NCBI GenBank assembly: GCA_951406725.2
Contig: OX597830.1
Location: 45,446,001 to 45,510,000 of the forward strand
Direction of reading: 5' to 3'
DNA length: 64,000 nt
Source of the DNA: Octopus vulgaris
Lineage: Eukaryota
Shown here: one piece after another, positions 37,538-49,929 of the stretch
How positions within the stretch are numbered: the stretch's first letter is position 1
Layout: every line of letters begins with the position of its first letter
The notes under the pieces: model-generated
Seen by the model: the letters and a program-made list of their open reading frames with translations, nothing else
Database searches by the model: none
Told to the model about the DNA's origin: nothing
Position numbers and translations under genes: made by a program

Positions 37538-38803
37538 TGTAAATGTAAGGATAAGCAAGTCAGACAGATCAAAATATAAAGTATATTATAAACATGGAGT
37601 ACAGAAAATGTATATATGTTTGCATACAAAAAGCTCTGGCTTGCACAGAATGCAGATGATATAGAGAATGAAAGAGGTTCCAGATAAGTATTACAAATCC
37701 AACATCTGTTTCCAGGGGCTCAATGGTCCAAAATAATGTTTGTAAATTAATTCCGTCGTTGGGTTAGACAATCTTCCATCTTCAGGGAGGAGGTCTTTAC
37801 ATTTGAGGCATTAAAGGAAAGAAGTTCAAAGATGGAATGAATTTGTGGAGATCTAAGTGTATTAGAGGGGGGAATTGAGGAGGTAACCAGATAGGGAACA
37901 GTAGGAGGAGAAAATGAGGGGTAATAAGGAGGCTAGTTGGGAGTTATAGTAGTAGAGGTGGAAGGTAGGAGGAAAGGGGAGGGTGTTGTAGTCTATTAGT
38001 GAGAAAGGGAATGGCCATTATTTGAGGGAAATAAGTTGGCTGGTTCAGTGGCTGTGGAAGATTATTGAGGTATGTAGAGGGGTATAAGAGATGAGTTGGT
38101 AGTAAATATAGCAGTGGATAGTGGGGACAAAGGAATGGATAGGTGTTGAAGGGGGGGGTGCAGTGGTGTAAGAAATTGAATACAGGGAAGTGAATAAGGA
38201 GATGGATAGAGGTTGACAGGAGGTACTATTAAGTACTTTTGGTAAGGAGGAGAAATAGGAGGCTACTTAAGAGGGTGGGAAGGCTATTAGGGAAGTGGGA
38301 AGTAGTGGTTTAGAAGAATTTGGAAAGGTAAATATGAGAAAGATTAGTTAGAGCTATCATTTGTTGAGGTAGTATGTTGCAAGGCTGACCTTGTCTTAAT
38401 TCAATGTTAATTTTGAGTATGAATTACATGGATTTAAAGAAATGTATGAATGATGAGTAGTACTTGTGTTTGCAAGACAAAATTACATCTGAGAATCTAT
38501 TAAGTAATGAGGGGTTGTAGAGGTGAAGAATGGTTAACGATTCTCTTAAACATAATTTACTCATACTAATGTTTGAAATGTATGGGGGAGCCTCACTTGC
38601 CATGGACCAGCATAGGGTATATGGAATATTTTGAGATTTGAGGTTGTGTATATAAGTTACTAAGGTGCTTGATAATTTAGAATTTGGATTGGAAAAAGTG
38701 TTCATATGTGCCTGGTATGTAAACATATATATTTTTTCTGCATTCCATGTTTTTAATATACTTTATATTTTGATTTGTCTAGTTTGCTTATCCTTAAATT
38801 TAC
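37538..38803 (-). mobile_element. 5'-truncated Penelope-like element with inverted terminal segment
   Basis: GIY-YIG C-terminal remnant at 38424-38714 (STLVTYIHNLK..YTLCW..APPY..KLCLRE..LLNR..SCKHK); 37538-37627 is inverted at 38715-38803. Confidence 0.78.
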
Positions 38804-38897
38804 TTCTATCCCTACTCAAGTTTAAATCTCTTGAGCACTGTTAAGTGTATTCTATATGAAGAATATCTGATTCCCATCTATGGAATACATATATAAA

Positions 38898-39264
38898 TTA
38901 ACATAAGCAGAAAATGGAGAAAACTCTTGATCAACAAGCAAACAAATTGACCAACATCAGTTAATTATCGACTTCAAGCTTCACACTGCAAAATGGTATG
39001 ATTCTAATATATTGAGCGTTTTGGCCTCATCTCGAGGCCCTGTTCTTTCCTCTACCCTCTTATTTTATATGTTTGTATTCACTTTGATGAAGCTCCATGT
39101 ACTAGATCGGATGTGCTATAAAGATGACGAATATTATTTTCAGAATTTTCTTTGGCAGCCGAAATGGCCATAAGAAATGTTATGTTTCGTATTAAAAACT
39201 AATTAACCAATGTTTGTCAATTTGTTTGTTGATCAAAAGTTTTCACCATTTTCTGCTTATTTAA
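38898..39264. repeat. Inverted repeat, about 70-bp arms with a 230-bp spacer
   Basis: ataagcagaaaatgg...ttgatcaac...gttaatta versus taattaac...gttgatcaa...ccattttctgcttat. Confidence 0.8.
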
Positions 39265-39426
39265 ATTTGATTCCTGAGAAACTTTTGTTTATTCTGTTGT
39301 TACTAGTACCCTATGAGCATAGTGTACTTGCACACCCATGCCCAGGGTTAACATAGGTAAATGATACCAGTAGTAAGAACGAATATTTTTATTCCTTAGA
39401 CAGATTTTCCAACCGCTAACTCTACT

Positions 39427-39475
<49 letters not shown>

Positions 39476-40022
39476 TCTACATGTATTCTTATGTAACTCC
39501 TATTAGGTAATGAAATATTTGTAATGGAGAATAAATAATACCAAAAGTTTTTTCTAGTCTTCTGTTTTGTTATGTAATTATACTGCCAAAAGTTATATAT
39601 ATATATATGATGATGATGATATATTTGTTGAATTTTCTGCTGCTTTAAATAAAGCATATTACTCTACCACTGGTATTTGAGTACTCTTTTTTCCACCTTG
39701 TTTCACATTTATGCATTTACTCCGGTATATATATATATAAATCATCCTCATCAGTTAACATTCATGTTCCTTGCTGACATGAGTTGGACAATTTGACAGA
39801 ATCCAGTGACCCATGGGATTTCATCATGCTTTGTTATCTACTTTCGCATGGTTTCTATGACTGGATGCCCTTCCTAATCCCAACCACTTGACAGTGTAGA
39901 CTGGGTGCTTTTTATGTGGCACTAGCACTAGTGAGGTCAAGAGGTGACTTGCAAAACAGGAGAGAAGGAAAGGAAAAAGGAGGGAAAGGAAAAGCCTCAC
40001 TTGACTAAGTGAGGAAATATAT

Positions 40023-40090
<68 letters not shown>

Positions 40091-41454
40091 AGTGTATCAT
40101 ATGGATTCATAGAATTGAGTAGCTGTCACAGAAAGCTGCTCTAGTGGACTTGGCTAGCAGACTACATAGTAATCTAATATGGAGGAGAATAGAATTAAAG
40201 CATTGGTGTAACCATGATGTTCTGGTGATTTGATGAGCTAGATTCTTATATCTGCTCTGATTAGTAAACATACAATTATATTGCATAATGCATATTTGTG
40301 TTCACATGTAAACATAATTTATTATAAGCAGAAATTATTATTACATGGTGAAGGTTGTGAAATGGCTGCAATCCTAAGGATGATGACAAGTGGTTGAATA
40401 AGTATGTTCAAGTCTCATATCTCCTGATTTATGGTTAATGTGTGTGTGTGTATATGCAAGTATGTATATATGCTATCCAAATTACCAACAGCTCAATTGA
40501 CTGAGCTAATACAATGTATAAAGAATGTTTATTTGTTTTAAATAGTTTCAAGCCTGACCATTCTTTGAGCATTATCAACCAATCTTATCACCACCGACTA
40601 CCTTTTGCAGTAGAACTAATGAAAATGCATCGGTCAGCTAGAAATAGCTGTCAATCGCCTTCAACTCACACTATACCACACTGAAAATAATAGGATTTGT
40701 TAGACTGTAATTTGAAGCTAGACAGGATGCTTTGGATTGTATATTCCAAAATATACTTAGTCTAAATAAAAGACAGGATGTTCATGGCTGGAATACTTTG
40801 ATCATTCTTATGTTTACTTAATCTGGGATGACCTGGGACTATAAAACAAGACTAACACTAAACTAGTTGGGCTCGGTAAATATATTTCATGTGAATTAGT
40901 AATAGTTTTGGTATGTTTCTAGACAGTGATAACAAAGAATGTTAGAATGTCAGCAAAAGAATGTCAGACTGTAGTAGCAGCATCAGCTTGTGTTTTGTAC
41001 CGAATGTAAGAACACAGGATTCATCACAGAGCAGCACGAGCAGAAATGTGTCATAATTTTATGATAGAAGCTGGAAGAGTAGTAGGCAGAGAATATATTA
41101 ATAACTGAGGTAGTTATTGTTTGGGTTTGGGTCCACATTGACCTGACCAAGCGTGACTCAGCAATGATGATTTTAATCATTTTCTGTAACACTTGACCTT
41201 CATGTTTTGAAATGGCACAAGAAATTTGAAGGCTATTTCTAGCAGGATCTCCCTCATTGGCCTGTGTTACTGAAGTTGTCAGTGGCACAAAAGTAATGGA
41301 TGGTGGGGAGGCTATGCAGTCAAGTGATATTCCTGTACTTTTCTGGAGTGAGACAAGATTTACAACCTTTACACCAATGTCTCCTTTCCAATATTAGCCT
41401 CACATTCTATAGCCTATCTCTAATTCTTTAAGACCCATTTCCATCACCAAAGTA

Positions 41455-42684
41455 CAGGGTGGGGCAGAGAGGATGGGCGTTTTTGGAATGGCTATTACTT
41501 AGCCCCACTGGGAGAGACATATGTCCAACAGGTATCATTCGGTTTGTGGTGTCTTAGAATTTTTTTTTCAGATGAAGCCAGAGCATCGTGTGTTTGCCTA
41601 TGGCAGTTACGTGAAGAATGATGAGTCTGTCACACCAGTTCAACACGAGTTTCAGCACCACTTCAACATTCACCGAAATCAGGCTGTTCCCACCTGTAAC
41701 ACAATCTTACGTTGGATGAATGCACTTTGTACATGAGGTACCCTATTGAAGAGGAAACTGGTGGGGGTGCTACGAATGATACAGACCCTGGAAAATGTGG
41801 AACGCATCAGATAAGCTTTGATATGGAGTCTGAATCACTCTGCTCAGAGGCATTCTCTGAAATTGGCATCAGTAATCAATCGATATTTTGCATGAAGACC
41901 TGCATTTTCACCCATACAAATTGGTCATTGGGCAACATTTGAAACCATGGGACTATGCACAGATGGAAGCAATTTATGAAGCAAATGACAACCTCGTTTT
42001 GTTAATGAGTGATGAAGCTCATTTTCATCTTAATGGCATAGTGAATCAACAGAACTGTCATTGTTGGGCTCTTGAAAATCTAAGAGAACCACATGCAAGA
42101 CCACTGCACAGGCCAAAAGTGACAGTCTGGTGTGCTATTGGAAAAGCTGCCGTCATTGTTCCTTACTTTTTTGAAGACAATAATGGAAATGCTGTTACTG
42201 TGAACTCCGAGTATTACATTGAGATGATAAACAACTTCTTTGTGACCGAATTATGACGAAAACGTATGCCTATTCGACATGTATGATTTCAGCAGGATGG
42301 GGTGATGGCCCACTCAGCCAGAGCATCAGTGAACATTCTTTGACCTCTCTTCAGTGACCACCTCATTTCCTGGTTTGCTGACATTCCTTGGCTTCCCTCA
42401 GTCCCCTGATTTGTCCATGTGTGATTATTTCTTATAGGGAAACCTCAAGACACGTGTGTGTGTGCGTGTGTGTGCATAAGTCCTATACATTGGACAACTT
42501 CCAAAAACGCCTTCAGAAATGCATCAATGAACAGACACCACAAGATGGATGTTGTTTTCCACACTTGATTTTGACAAATGCTAATTCAATACAGACACAT
42601 TGATGTCAATAAAATTTGTTTGTAGCTAAAAATTAATGATTTTGTGAATTTTTCGAAAACGTCCGACCTCTCTGCCCCATCCTG
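41455..42684 (+). mobile_element. Full-length Tc1/mariner element with pseudogenised DDD transposase
   Basis: TA|CAGGGTGGGGCAGAGAGG...CCTCTCTGCCCCATCCTG|TA; LMSDEAHFHLNG, KVTVWCAI, PYFFE, FQQDG, SPDL..CD motifs; multiple stops and frameshifts. Confidence 0.92.
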
Positions 42685-43417
42685 TACAAACTAATACTAA
42701 ACATTGTCTGTTATCCTATTATGATTATAATATTAAAGCTGATATAAGCAAACCAGTAAAACTACTTCTTTGTATTTACCTGCTACATTTAGCAGTGAAA
42801 TAACCACCCAAACCAACTCACTTCCAACTTTAAACCTTGAATAATATATGTCTGTGATCTTAATTGCAGAGGAGAACATGCTTCCAGTATATTTGATCCA
42901 ATAAGAGCTAAGAAGATCACCAAGAAACGTTGATCTTTATAACTAATTTTTGTTTAAATATACAACGTAAGGATTTCAAATAAAGAGTCCCAGAGTATAT
43001 ATCAGATTACACACATAACAACATGGTTAAGAAGTTTGTTTTGTAAATCAGTCTTCCTACATTCAATATCACTGAGCTAAGTCTTGGGCAAGCAGTGGCA
43101 AAGCATAAGTTTTGGCCATTTAATTCCATTACAATTACCAACCCTTTGACCTATAGCAAATAAACACACATATAAAGGGTCTGTCTCTGTAGGGTCTGCT
43201 CACCTTACACTAACTCCTTTGTAGACAAGTGTTTTGTGCCTTTCTTTCAGGCAGACACCTTATTTGTAAATTTTGATAGAGAATATATGGAAGCCCACTA
43301 GACTACCTGCTATTGTCATCCAGTTTCATATCCTTAGCAGAAGACAGTTGCTCAAAATAACATGGTGTTCCACCAAACCTGGAGAAGCACAAAAGCACAA
43401 TTTTGTTCATATTATTA

Positions 43418-43468
<51 letters not shown>

Positions 43469-43756
43469 TAAGATGATATATTTGAAAATTTGGCAGAAAT
43501 TCAACTTTGATGGCTGGTTTGATTTGTTTATTGACAAGCAAAAATTAAAAAGCAAAACAACATTATAATTATCTATTTTATTAAACCAGTGAAAATAATT
43601 TAATCATTACATAAGTGCAACTATTTCAAACATTTCCACAAAATATGTTAATACATGTACATACATCTATATGTATATGGTTATGTGTGTGTGTATGTAA
43701 ATATATGCAACATATGCATAATATAACAGCTACAAACAATATGTACATGTGTAGAT

Positions 43757-43786
<30 letters not shown>

Positions 43787-43789
<3 letters not shown>

Positions 43790-43922
43790 TTTAAATTGGC
43801 TAAACTGGCAATATGACCATTCCGAAATATAACAATATATATATATAGATAGATAGATAGATAGATAGATAGACAGGCAGATAGATGATACATATGTATC
43901 TATATAGATAGAGAGGTAGATG

Positions 43923-43954
<32 letters not shown>

Positions 43955-44072
43955 TGTTATATTTCGGAATGGTCATATTGCCAGTTTAGCCAATAAATAT
44001 TCCGAAATATAACAATATCTGTTTCAACACACGACTTCACATAAAAAATCTTGCACAACAAATATTTAAACG

Positions 44073-44073
<1 letters not shown>
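43787..44073. repeat. Rearranged second copy of the 33.3-kb hairpin/tail family
   Basis: Shares ttatatttcggaatggtcatattgccagtttagccaat in both orientations and the ~60-nt tail. Confidence 0.88.
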
Positions 44074-44166
<93 letters not shown>

Positions 44167-44422
44167 AAAGCAGCTCAACATATATAAGCAATATTAAATA
44201 TGCATACAAGGTATGTGTTTTGCTAGTTTGTGGGTAGGCTGTACTTGTTGGCGTAAGATTTATTCTCATCAATTTTTATGATGTTAAAACACCTGGAAAT
44301 CATAGACAAGCAAGATAACTCACACCCAGTCCCATTCAGGAATGATAGACATTGATGTTTCATCATTTTTGTGACTTGTCAACACCGCATAGATACGTGG
44401 TTATATATGTTGGAATGTAATA

Positions 44423-44535
<113 letters not shown>

Positions 44536-44629
44536 AATGTAATATAATATGTATATATATAAACATATATTATATCATAATAATAATAATGAAATTATTG
44601 TGTATAGTGCTCAGGTGCACTACAATATA

Positions 44630-44862
44630 TATTTCTTTACTGCCCACAAGGGGCTAAACATAGAAGGGACAAACAAGGACAGACAAAGGGGTTAAGTCGA
44701 TTACATCGACCCCAGTACGAAGCTGGTACTTTATTTATCAACCCCGAAAGGATGAAAGGCAAAGTCGACCTCGGCGGAATTTGAACTCAGAATGTAACGG
44801 CAGACGAATTACCGGTAAGCATTTCGCCCGGCGCGCTAATGTTTCTGCCAGCTCATCGCCTT
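44630..44862 (-). mobile_element. SINE family B
   Basis: Homologous to 17026-17250. Confidence 0.88.
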
Positions 44863-44948
44863 ACAATATAATATAATATATTTCCTTGTGCATGTCCTCA
44901 TGTTGTCCGTTTATTTTGTTCATTCATTTGAATCGACTATTTATAAAC

Positions 44949-44981
<33 letters not shown>

Positions 44982-46109
44982 CATAAAGGAGCACTATACA
45001 AGTCCAAAGTAAGAGCCAATAGGCTTAAGATAAGCCCTGCAGAGCAAATAATAAAAGCAGTAATTTAAATAAAGAAAGGAGAAGTCAAATTGACATAACA
45101 ATTGTTTCTGTAAAAAGACCAAAATTTTAATTCTAAATCTCATACAATATTATGCAATTCATACTATGTTGAGTAATACAAGACATAGTATATGAAAATA
45201 TGTAATAATTTTATAGTCCCTTGCTTCCTGAGATGTCATGATTTGAAGGCACCATTGACTAAATGAATGTTTTAGGATAAGTTCATTTGGGCATACCACA
45301 ATATGTAAATAGCTAAATGAATGTTTTAGGATGTATTCATGTGAGCATATCACAATATGTAAACAAGCCAAACACTTAATAGCTTTCACTTGATAGCTTC
45401 CATAGGTTTTATATACGTATATCTATATGTGTGAACATCTATTTGCAACTATATATGAATATCCATGTATGTGTCTCATCATCATCATCATCGTAGTAAT
45501 CATCCGTTTTTCATGCTGGCATGGGTTGAACAGTTTGACAGGAGCTGATAAGCCAGAGGACAGCAACAGGCTCCAAATGTCTGGTTTTGGATGGTTTCTT
45601 CTAGCTGGATGTCTTCACGTTAGTTTATGTGCTTGCATATGGCTTTGATGGGATTGTAGCATAAAGCAGGGGATGAATTAAAAGTGTAGACCTTTTTAGA
45701 GAATTTTATCTTACTGCTATTGTCGCCACAAAAGTCATTAAATGGATGATGATTGCTCTGTTTAGTGCTTTGATCAATAAGACAAATTTCAAACAGTTTT
45801 AATTACAATTTATTGTCTTAAAAGCTGCAGGAGATATCAAGTAAAAGCTGTATCTGGTCTATTTACATATTTTGACACATTCCAATGAACTTATGCTAAT
45901 GCATTCATTTAGTCATTGGTGCCTTCAGATCATGACATCGGAAGAAAGGAATGGACTTTTGACTGATTACAGATTTCCATTTAATATGACATGGATAACA
46001 CAACATTGAATGAATTGGGGAACATTCTATGAGATATGGAATAAAAACATACTCTCTGTTTATGCAAACAATGGCAATTTCAATTTGACTTTTCCTTTTA
46101 AGATTTAAA

Positions 46110-46268
46110 TTCCTATTTTGAGATACATACATACATACATACGTATGTATGTATGTATGTATGTATGTATGTATGTATGTATGTATGTATGTATATATAT
46201 ATATATATATATATGTTTGTATGTATGTATTTGTATACATATATACACACACATACATACACACAAAC

Positions 46269-46305
<37 letters not shown>

Positions 46306-46687
46306 CATATATATGTATATGTGTGTGTATCCATACGTGCATACATACTTACATACATAGTGATATATGTATATGTATTTATTATGCACTTATATATTGT
46401 ACACATACATACAAATATATATATATGTATGTATAAACACACACACATACGTATATATGTGTGTGTGTGTGTATTACAGAAACAAGAAACAAATATTAGA
46501 TATGTATTCAATCAATATATATGCATATTTTATATATATACATTTGAATAAGTATATTACATATAATCCATGCCAGCATGGAAAACGGATATTAAACAAT
46601 GATGATGATATATATATATATAAAATTACATATTCAATTGATATATATGTGAATGTGTACATGTGTCTGTCTATGTATATATATATA

Positions 46688-46718
<31 letters not shown>

Positions 46719-46723
46719 GCATA

Positions 46724-46773
<50 letters not shown>

Positions 46774-47065
46774 AATATATATATATATGCAAATATATAG
46801 AGAAAACAAAGATATTTTATTCCACGCAGGCAGAAATATAGGAAAAATAGAAGTTGAAAATGCACAGAGAATAGAACATTTTTTATTAAAATATTTAAAG
46901 CTTTAAACTGTTTCACAGTTTTTCAATTTGAACTTTTTGAAAATCAGTGAAAACTGTGAAATGGTTTAAAGCTTTAAATATTTTTTAAAATGTTCTAACT
47001 ATTCTCTGTGCATTTTCAACTTCTATTTTTCCTATATATACATATGTGTGTATATGTATGTGTAC

Positions 47066-47111
<46 letters not shown>

Positions 47112-47134
47112 ATGCATGTGTTTGTATATGTATG

Positions 47135-47187
<53 letters not shown>

Positions 47188-47196
47188 ATGTGTATG

Positions 47197-47227
<31 letters not shown>

Positions 47228-47300
47228 ATATGTATGTATATATATATACATATATGTGTATGTATGCATATATATACATATGTATATATATGTAGGTATA
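46110..47300. repeat. Compound (TA)/(TG)/(TATG) microsatellite block with an embedded hairpin at 46836-47037
   Basis: Direct reading; hairpin arms about 90 bp. Confidence 0.9.
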
Positions 47301-47621
47301 TTTGTCTATATTATGTGTGTAAAATTGAAGAAATTGGAGTCAACAAGAAAGAGTATGGTTGGACAGTTATTTTTTAATCACTACAATTGTTTCCATCCAA
47401 AGTGGTTCTCCAAAAATACAGGTATTTGATTATGCAATTTGATTATATTCACACACTACAAATATCGAAACATAAACCTGGAAGTATATAATAATGCTAC
47501 CGGATGGTATTGGGTAATTCTGAGGGTGGACAAGATTTATACTGTACTCTGCCACGTTCCTAACAGAAGATACCATAAGTATATGTTGTGTGTGTGTGTG
47601 TGTGTGTATACACGCTCACAG

Positions 47622-47653
<32 letters not shown>

Positions 47654-49461
47654 CAGTCAGGTGTTGAAAAGCACACTCTAAAAGAAATTTTGAGTTGTTA
47701 TTTTTTGAAGGATTCAAGTCAGAAAGTTTACATTCGTTTTGTGTTCCTGTTGCACTTTGCAATACAGACAATACATCAGACATGTTTACTGGTAGCACAT
47801 CGTCTCTTTACTAATGAAAATAAATATACAGTCTTAGTCAGATTGCTGAAGAAAAACCAAAACAAAAGAAAATCATTAGAGGGAAAAATAACTTGCCTCT
47901 CCTTGTACAATTCTTCGCATTTCTGAAGTGGATCAGCTGTGCCTGCATGTTTTTGCCATTTTCTAATCTGCAACCAGGGAAGATTCATTTTTTTCCAAAA
48001 AATTTTTTTTTATTATGAGAGCTGCAGCTATAAATTTCACTTTTCAATTCATGAAAGTACCCAGATCGATCTAATTCTTTTAGGATTGTTGTCCTTTCAA
48101 CTAAGCAAGGTTCGTGTCATCTGTTTCTGTTAAGGTATGACTTAAGTTGTTCCAGTAACTGCCAGTTAATTTTGTATGGCATTCCCTCTTCTTTTAATCA
48201 CCATGTATAGCTGGCTAATGTAATGCTACACATCTCTAGGATCCTAAAAGAGGATCTGCAGTTATTTAGCCTGACCTTACTTCTTGAATTTAAAAAGTGA
48301 CATTTTCAGCTGTGGCATTGATGACAGAAAATCTGTTTGGAAATGTGGTCTTCCTCATTTGTGGATTAGAGAATGGAAAAAACATATGTAGGCACAGCTG
48401 ACTCACTTCAGCCATACCTGCTATCATACAAGGGAAAGCAATTCTTTTTTTCCTTCCCAGAAAGGGATTTTTTTTCCTGTTTCTTCTTTTGTTTCAGTCG
48501 TTTCTCCCCCAAAAGTGACTAAGACTATATATTTACCTCCTTCATTAAAGAGGCTGTGTGATTGTGGCCAGCATTCCTGATGAGTCATCTATATTGCCAA
48601 GTGCAATAGGAGATGTGAAAACCAATGGTAACTTTCTGGCCAGTGATATGCCATAACCAAGAATATACTACTGTGCGATACATAAAAATAACTAACAAGA
48701 AACTAATTGGTAAGATTAACAGAAATGGATCTACAATGCTGTATATTTTTATATGTATACATTTATACATACATACTCATATGAATATACATATATATAT
48801 ATATACATTCATATGAGTATGTCATGTATATATGTTTACATATTTACATTCACATTTATATATATACACATGCATACATGTGTTTGAAAGTGTTTAGTCA
48901 TTATAGTTACATCTGTATGATGGTTTCCAGGAATATTATACACTGTTGTTGTCTCCACCAGATTTTCACAGTAAATGGAAAAACAGAAGATGAAATCTCC
49001 TGCCTTTTGCTTCTCCAACATGTGCAAAAATTTCGGTGAAGATTGCTTAATTGAACATTTTGCCTACCAGCCTGAAAACATGGCACTGTAATCCCAAATG
49101 CTAAACAATGCAACTAAACAAGAAATTACTGTATAACATAGGAGACAAAATTCAGCATTTAAATATTGTTAATATGTATATCTATGTGTACATACATACA
49201 TACATATGCATATATGTATGTATACATACACACATACACATGCATGCATGCATGTGTATGTATATGTGAATATATGTGTGGGCATATCTAATTTTTGCCT
49301 ATGTATATTAGTGGGGGAGTGTTGCTACATCTGTGTGTGTGTGTGTATATATATATGTATATATATATAGTCACTATAAGAATATTTAGACATATAGGAA
49401 TATTTTTAGCCAAGATATACTGGTTTAATATATTCTATTTTGGAGAGATATTTTTCAGTGA

Positions 49462-49732
49462 ACTGGCTCCTGTGCCGGTGGCACATAAAAAGCAGTATCT
49501 GAATGTGATCGATGTCAAGGCTGCCTGGTTGGCTCCTGTGCTGGTGGCACGTATAAAGCACCCACTACACTCTCGGAGTGGTTGGCGTTAGGAATGGCAT
49601 CCAGTTGTAGAAACATTACCAGATCCGATTGAAGCCATGATGCAGCCGCTGACTCTCCAGACCTCAGTCAAACCATCCAACCCATGCCAACATGGAAAAT
49701 GGATGTTAACTGGTGATGGTGATGATGATGAT
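49462..49732 (+). mobile_element. RTE LINE 3' UTR fragment
   Basis: tggctcctgtgccggtggcac units and (GAT)n tail. Confidence 0.8.
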
Positions 49733-49929
49733 CAAATATTATTATTAAGCTTGAAACTGGAAAGATCCAATGGATACAAATTAATTTATTAATCAATTAA
49801 CATCTTCACCTACAATTGTTTCATTTCACATCCAATTTAAACTACAAAGCATATATAAATATATAATCTTGCATTTCAAAATACCTTTGAAACACCATGT
49901 ATGGACCAAAGGAACCCACAGACTTGCAG

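Noticed and set aside
40983-41288. 101-aa minus-strand ORF as exon of a second gene
   Set aside because: No recognisable motif; overlaps the common gatcctgctagaaatagc repeat fragment
41888-42256. Possible active or domesticated transposase
   Set aside because: The frame is broken by several stops and frameshifts on both sides; TIRs are intact, so it is a dead transposon copy
45257-45368. Two-copy ~54-bp tandem repeat
   Set aside because: Ordinary diverged local duplication with no further structure
45905-47429. Many overlapping ORFs rich in YI/CV/HT dipeptides (also at 3.6, 44, 55 and 60-62 kb)
   Set aside because: Translations of (TA)n, (TG)n and (TACA)n microsatellites, which lack stop codons
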